DNA from: Peribolospora baueri
Lineage: Eukaryota
Direction: 5' to 3'
Assembly (NCBI GenBank): GCA_029717555.1
Contig: JAMDHS010000089.1
Location: 1-64,000, forward strand
DNA: 64,000 nucleotides
Position numbers and translations under genes: made by a program. Positions 58,101 to 64,000 of this stretch are shown piece after piece; within the stretch, counting starts at the first letter, position 1; each line of letters begins with the position of its first letter. The notes beneath the pieces are model-generated. The model made no database searches and had not been told where the DNA came from. It was given only the letters and a program-made list of their open reading frames with translations.

Positions 58101-61100
58101 GTAGAGTCGGAAGAGGCCGACAACAAGCTCACCATCAACGACCTTGAGATAGTCGTACAGATCAAATTCGTCTGCACAAAACGCTTTCTTGAGGTTGGAG
58201 AGAAGCTGAAGCGGATGAGAAGGTTGCTGGGCTTTGATAGTAGCTACGAGCTCTCCCTCCTCCCTCTTTGCCGATAAATCGCCAACGGATGGCGCAGGTA
58301 ACGGGATGTCAGGACCATTTTGCGATATCGCCGAACCTCCCACCACATCTGGGAGGGTAGACTTGTGTTCCTGTCCTTGCTCCTTGCCGTTCGCCGACGC
58401 CTTGCCGTTCGCCGACGAATCGCCCTCCTTGACCTTGGCTTTGACAGTGCGGCCCATCTCGTCGAGCTCGCGACCGACAAAAAACTCTTCCAGCGCGGCG
58501 ATGCGCGCCTTAAGACTGCTGAAGAAGCGCAAGATCTCGAGCCTCGTGGCATCGAGCAGAGCGGCTGCTTCTTCCGCCTTGCGGTTCTCATCCGACGGCT
58601 CTCTTCTGGGCTCGTTGAGGGAGGCGGCACGCCTCGTGTGCGAGCTCGAGAAAATGACAGGACCCTCGGTGAGCATATCGTACCGGACGATAGGCTTCAC
58701 GCGAACCTTGACGAGGCCGTCGCCGCACTGGAACAACCTGACCGTTTGGTCAACGTCTCTGCGCCCGGTGGGGCGTGGTGTCATGAGCGGGGGGCGATCG
58801 TCGACATCGACGGACGAAGAAGCGCCAGCGGTGGCAGCAGGTCCGAGCGTGTCGCTCGATAGCCTCGTGTCGCCGCGCTCCTCGAGACACGAGCAAAGCG
58901 GGACGGGATCGGCAGAGGGGTCATACATGAGGACCTCGAGGAACTTGTGGAACGAATAAAGATAGGTGGCCTGATGATCATCGAAAAGGAAGAGAAGGGG
59001 TGGGGTGTCAGCAGAGAGAGGTCGGCGAAACGATCGAAAAAAAAAAAAAAAAAAAAGAACCCAGCGGTGTGCAGGACGTACCTCCGACATCCTTTTCGCC
59101 TTCGCTTGCTTTCCGCATCTCGCACACGCCCTCCACATGATAATACCGGCTCTACCGTCTTTGCCGCCGCCGGCGCCGTCATGGTACGCGGGCAAGACAG
59201 GCATGGCAAAGGTAGTCGAAGCCTGGGCAAGAGTGAGGTGGCGGTCAAAGCCAATGGCCTCGGGCAGCAACGACTTCAACGTCTCCGTGGTGGTAGCCGG
59301 GTGGTGGCCGGCGCCGGCGTCTGCTGCATCACTGCCAGGCGTTTGTTTCGAGGAATCGCAATCATGGTCATGTGAGATAGGGGAAGGGGAAGGTGCGCTG
59401 GGGAAGGTGGGGGTCTTGACTAGAGGCTCGTCAGGCGACGGAGGGGCGAGGGTACGCGCCAAGGCATCCTTCATACGAGGCGAGAGGCTCTGTACGGAAA
59501 TGGAAACGCGCATGTCGGCGTGGAAGAGGTGCACGCTCCCACTGCCGCCGCCATCCTGGTCCTCTCCCTTGCTCTTTCCCGTCTCCTTCTCGGGTTCGAC
59601 CTTTGCCCCTTCGCCGTCCGACTTTTGAGCGGCCAGGCTCGCATGCGCACAGAGTTGCTCTACTACCTGACCCAGCAAGGCATCTTTCATCGGACCCGCT
59701 TTGGCAAAGTAGGACACCGTGTCCTTGTCCCAATCGAGGGGCACGTCAGCTCCCATGGAGAGAGAAGCGGCGACGGATGAAGGGTTGGAGATTGTCGAAG
59801 ATGCACGGACGACCGCGGCGGCATGTGCGCTAGAGCGTCTGCCGAGCGCGGGACGAGAGAGGAGCTGGAGACCGAGGTTGCCCAGCACGCTCCCGTCGGG
59901 CGTTGTTGGATGGCCCTTTTGCGGGATGGAGGAGGCGTTGAGGAAAGAGAAGCTCTGAAGACGAATGAAGGCGAAGAGGAAGCGCTTGTCGAGGGTCGAA
60001 GAATCCAACAGTTCCGGCGGCAGGGCAACATGAGCATGAATGGACACCGCGGGGGCGGGAGGCCGAGACGAGGCGGTCGGCCAGTTCGAGTCGAGGTCCT
60101 TTGCGGGCGTCTGGGGAGGCGAAACGTCTTGGGGGGGATGGGGATCGCGAGAGAGCTTGTCCATCACGGCTCCGCCCAGAGACAGCGCTCGAGACAGGCC
60201 CGTGCTCAGACCGTTCCCGTGCTCCTCGCCGTCCCTGTTCTCCTTCGACATGGAGGCGCCATGATGCTTGTCTTTGCCAAAGCCGCTCTTGAGCATACCA
60301 AAAAGAGACTTGGAAGTCCATCGTTTATGATGCTTCAAAGGAGCGGGCGCGGCCGAGCAGGAGGAACTGAAAGCAGGAGGCGCGGGAGAAGAGGGCGGGG
60401 AGACGACTTTCTCCGCCGGCTTCGCTTGAGGACGAGGAGGAGGGCTGGGTCGAGGTGGAGGGACGTAGCCCAAGTCGCCGAGTACATGTGATTCGAGGAG
60501 AAGGGCTGACGCAGCGAAAAACTGCGATCACGGTAGGATAGAACAGACCAAAGAGACGGTTCTGCACCGTCAGCTAGGCCAAACCAAAGGCAGGCAGAGG
60601 TTGTGGACGGGCCCTCCTGGTGCCCCGGCGACTTACCATCGGCTCGAGCACTTTCCGCACAGCGTCGGCTTCCTCCCTGTGCGAAGCGAGGATGACAAAC
60701 GTACCTCCCAAAAGTTTGACTCGCTTTGATTCTCTGCCTAGATCCACCGGCGCAGGGCCTTCACCCGCGAACAGGGGTTGGCCATCGAAATCGCCAGCCT
60801 CAAAGCGTAGCAGGCGGACATCGGGCCCGCTGGTCCCGGCAAGCGGACCGTCGGCGTTGACGGCGGCAGCGCCAGCATCCCCGACGTGCTCCTCCCAACC
60901 GCTGTCGTGGCTCTCGAGCCGCCAGCCCCACCAAGCGCGAGAGACGCGACTGGCCTCGTCAGCGCGCTTGTCCTTCTCCTCTTCCACCTCTCGCGCCGCC
61001 TTGATCAGCTCGGTCCCCGCGTGATTTGCAGCTGGCGCGGCAGCGGCCGCGGCTAGCGCGTTGGAGGCGGCGGAGCGACCGGCCACTGATCCGCCGTCCT

Positions 61101-62259
61101 TCTCTCTTTCCCGCGACGGTGACGCCGACCGTGACACGTCGGCGGAGCGGAGTGGAGAGGGCTGGAGGTGCGCTTCATCCGCTTGCGGAAAATCAGGAAG
61201 CAAGTCGGCAGTGACGGGCGAAAGGGAAGGGAGGGAGATGGTAGCGGCGGTGGGTGTCAAGCCGCGCTGCGAGGTGGGGAACGGCGACGGCGCTCGACTG
61301 CTTTTCTTCTCCTCCTCGGCCGTCCTTTTCAGCTTGTCCACCGCATCTGCCTTGTTCGCCTCCGATCGCGCAGTAGAGCCGGATGCGGACGCCGTCGCCG
61401 CCGCCGTAGCATAGCCCCTGGCAAGCCAGACGGCGTTGCTGAAGAGCCGCAAGGCGACATCGCGCTTGCGCTGCCTCCTTCCTGGGACGACCGAAGCGAG
61501 CTCTCCGTCCTGTCCCAGTCGGAGACCGTCGGCTCCGCTGGCGAGCTCGGCGCGCCATGCGACGCTGTGCGTGCGGGCCAGCTCCCGAAGAGGCGTCAAG
61601 TCGTTGAGACTGGAGGGCGCAAGAGGGGAAGAGGAGGAGGATGGTGGAGAGGTGGGAATAGAGAGATAGGATAATGCGGCGAGGAGGGCGTCGAACATGG
61701 TTGGGCCCCAGGCAGGAGAGAGGGAGTTCGGCGGTGGTGCTGAGGACGACGATGGCGACTCTGTCGGCTCGGCGGGTTGCGACAGAGGCGACGACACGCT
61801 GTCGGCAGACCTGAGCGAGTGGAATATGAGCGCTTTGAGATGTCGTTCCGCCTGCCAGTCTAGCGGCCCTTGGTCCGCATTGGCCCGTGCCCTCGTGCGG
61901 TCGCCCGTCGGCGGCAAGCGCTCCTCGTCTGCGTCAAGAAGGACGTCAGGCATCTGGTCGGGCCACCATGCCTCTACCTTTCTGTCGTCTTCCGCCTCCC
62001 TTCTCCGCCACTCGTCCTCCTCATCGCCCTCGCCTCGTTCGCCGGGCAGCGGCGGGAGCGGCTTGCGGAACATCCGACGCTTCCGCGTGAGCGAGGCGTC
62101 CGTGTAGGCCAGCCCTCTGGGGCGGGCATGGGGGCTCCCATGCGGAGAGGCGGTCGAGACGGTCGAGGCGGTCGAGGCGGCGGAGGAGGCGATGCTGGCG
62201 GGCGCCGACGTGACCGACGAGGCGGACGGAGCCGAAACCAAAGGCGGTCGACTGGACAT
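55117..62259 (-). CDS. Fab1/PIKfyve-like phosphatidylinositol phosphate kinase with no recognisable FYVE domain; 3' end approximate
   Basis: MWRACARC...YSFHKFLE, VREEEPVSIVAFSL, SGGKSKSHFFKTNDDRFIAK, LVKILGVY, LMILENVF, FDLKG, NDLTFL.NSNVMDYSLL, IVDY, LAKQLE, TVLPPKDYAQRFR. Confidence 0.87.
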
Positions 62260-63069
62260 GGCGACGGGGAAGCCAGAAGGAAGGCCGGGGTGTGGCTCTA
62301 GTTACGGTGGAGTAGGACACGCCGAGGAGAAGGCCATGAAGGTCGAGGCTGAGGGTATGAAGGTGGTGGTGGTGGTGGTGGAGGACCAAGCGAGGTCGCC
62401 GCCCCTGAGCTGTTGTGTAACGCGCATTGCATTTGCCGTCGTCGCGATCGCCGAGGCGTCAACTCACTCCCATCGAGCCGCAGCGCCGGCGGGGCATGGA
62501 CGGTACGTCGCCGAGCGGGGAGCGGTCAGAAGAGGTCAAGGTCAAGGTCAAGTGGTCATTGGACGAGCCGAGCAGCTGCTCGAGTGAGAGCCCCGTTCGG
62601 CGTCGGTCGAACAACGTATCGTGGACGAGGACGACGTCATGGCCGGCCTTGGCCGCTCGAACATCCGCCGATCTCACAGTCACAGTCCACCGACGATCCG
62701 GCCCGATGCAGAGAAAGAAAAAACTTGCATGCTTTCATCATCATTGCCAACCAGCGACCGGCGCACTCCCGCCATCATTGCCCGCCGACGACGGCAGGAG
62801 AGGACAACAAGGCCGCTCCCCCCACTGGCCGTGCGTCGCCTCTAAGCACCGCCCGCAGTGCTGCGGCACAGAGCTGGGGAAAGAGCGAGCGGGTAGGTGG
62901 CCCTACGTCGAGGCGCACTCACGGCACACCACATAGGCAAAGAAAGCATTGACGAAAGCGAGACTCGGATATATGTAGTGTGCTGGTGCGTTCTTCTTCG
63001 TACTGCAACCGAGCACCTTCTCTTCACCTTCCCCCGACGCGAACGTTGGACGCCGACGACGAACCAACC

Positions 63070-64000
63070 ATGGCCGACGCACGCGACTTGGGCAACGCAC
63101 GAGCGTCGCTCGGACCGTCAATGTCGGAATCTCCAGAGCAAGAGTCCATCGGCATGTCGCCCTATCCTACCGGTCGCACAGACGGCTCCTTGTGCGCCAC
63201 CGCTTCAAGCGACGATAATCTGGCGGGCGGCGCGGAGGACGCGGACGCCGACGTGGACGCCGGCGAGGAGCACGAGAGCCAAGGCTTGCTCGGAGCCGGT
63301 GGCCGCACGGACGGCGAGGGGTTGATGGGCGCTGGGAACGTGAGGAAGCGCGTTGTTGTATATCTCGGCGACGAGAGCGGCTGGTCCAAGGTGAGTGGAC
63401 AGACGGACGGATGGCGTCGATACAGTAAAGAAGCAACATTCCCTTCCGGGTTGATGATGAGATCTTTCGTCCCGTCTTCATACGCAGCACCCTCTGTTCC
63501 CTCGCCTGCGGACAGCCTTTTTCGCCGTCCTTGGTCTCGGCGTGGCCGTCCTGACCGCCTTCTCGCTCAACGCCCTCTTCTCGTCCTACTACCACCATGC
63601 CCCCGGCACCTCCTCCTCCTCCTCCCGGCCTCCCACATCAGAAAAGCACAGGGCGTCGAGTCTGGACGAGAAGAACCTTCTTTCCAACGGCACGCACACC
63701 TTTAGGAAGACGATGCTTGTCATCAGCCTAGACTCGCTCGCGCCCGATCTCCTCGGAACTGGCCTCACTCCGGCCATCGACGAGCTCGGCAAGAAGGGCG
63801 TCCAAGCGGAGTACCTCCAGCCCGAGTTCCCCACGCTGACCTTCCCAAACCACTGGACCATTCTGTTTGTCTTTTTTTTTCCTTCTTTTCTCCTTCTCCC
63901 GTCGACGGTGCTCACACGTTCGGTGAATGACGAACAGCACTGGTCTCCATCCAGAGTCCCACGGCATCGTCGCGAATCAATTCTGGGACCCCGAGCAGAA
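63070..64000 (+). CDS. Type I phosphodiesterase / nucleotide pyrophosphatase (Npp1-like), 5' part
   Basis: N-terminal TM segment, LVISLD, QPEFPTLTFPNHWTI, TGLHPESHGIVANQFWDP. Runs off the window. Confidence 0.9.

Noticed and set aside
59037..59057. A-run suggesting a retrocopy or SINE tail
   Set aside because: It is a T-tract within a GT-AG intron of the minus-strand kinase gene; no TSD is evident.
1..64000. tRNA, rRNA or telomeric repeats
   Set aside because: None recognised by eye. tRNAscan-SE or Infernal would be needed to exclude small or intron-containing RNA genes.

Overview
Eukaryotic, intron-rich, GC-rich fungal DNA, most likely a basidiomycete (GTGAGT/GTAAGT donors, CTGAC/CTAAC branch points, basidiomycete-type class I hydrophobin). 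The ORF track is therefore mostly exon fragments and antisense shadows. The first ~12.5 kb is accessory. It holds the 3' part of an NLR-like gene with 15.4 near-identical 135-bp (45-aa) TPR-like repeats whose variation is concentrated in a few codons. That array runs directly into a chromovirus (Ty3/Gypsy) integrase tail, PPT and probable LTR. A second integrase fragment, a GH5 exo-beta-1,3-glucanase, and a decayed Gypsy gag-pol bracketed on both sides by ~60-70-bp fold-back inverted repeats follow. The rest is gene-dense core genome: a CID-domain protein, RCF1, SSZ1, Asn-tRNA synthetase, an M28 GCPII/Vps70-like peptidase, a class I hydrophobin with a KR-delimited His-rich pro-peptide, an Rrn5-like protein, an ArAE/FUSC-like transporter, an SBDS/Rtc3-like protein, GH88, a large Ser/Thr-rich single-pass protein, a membrane RING-H2 ligase, NAS2, inositol polyphosphate multikinase, a FYVE-less Fab1-like PIP kinase and the start of an NPP phosphodiesterase. 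All calls come from reading motifs by eye. No searches were run, and some exon boundaries are approximate.
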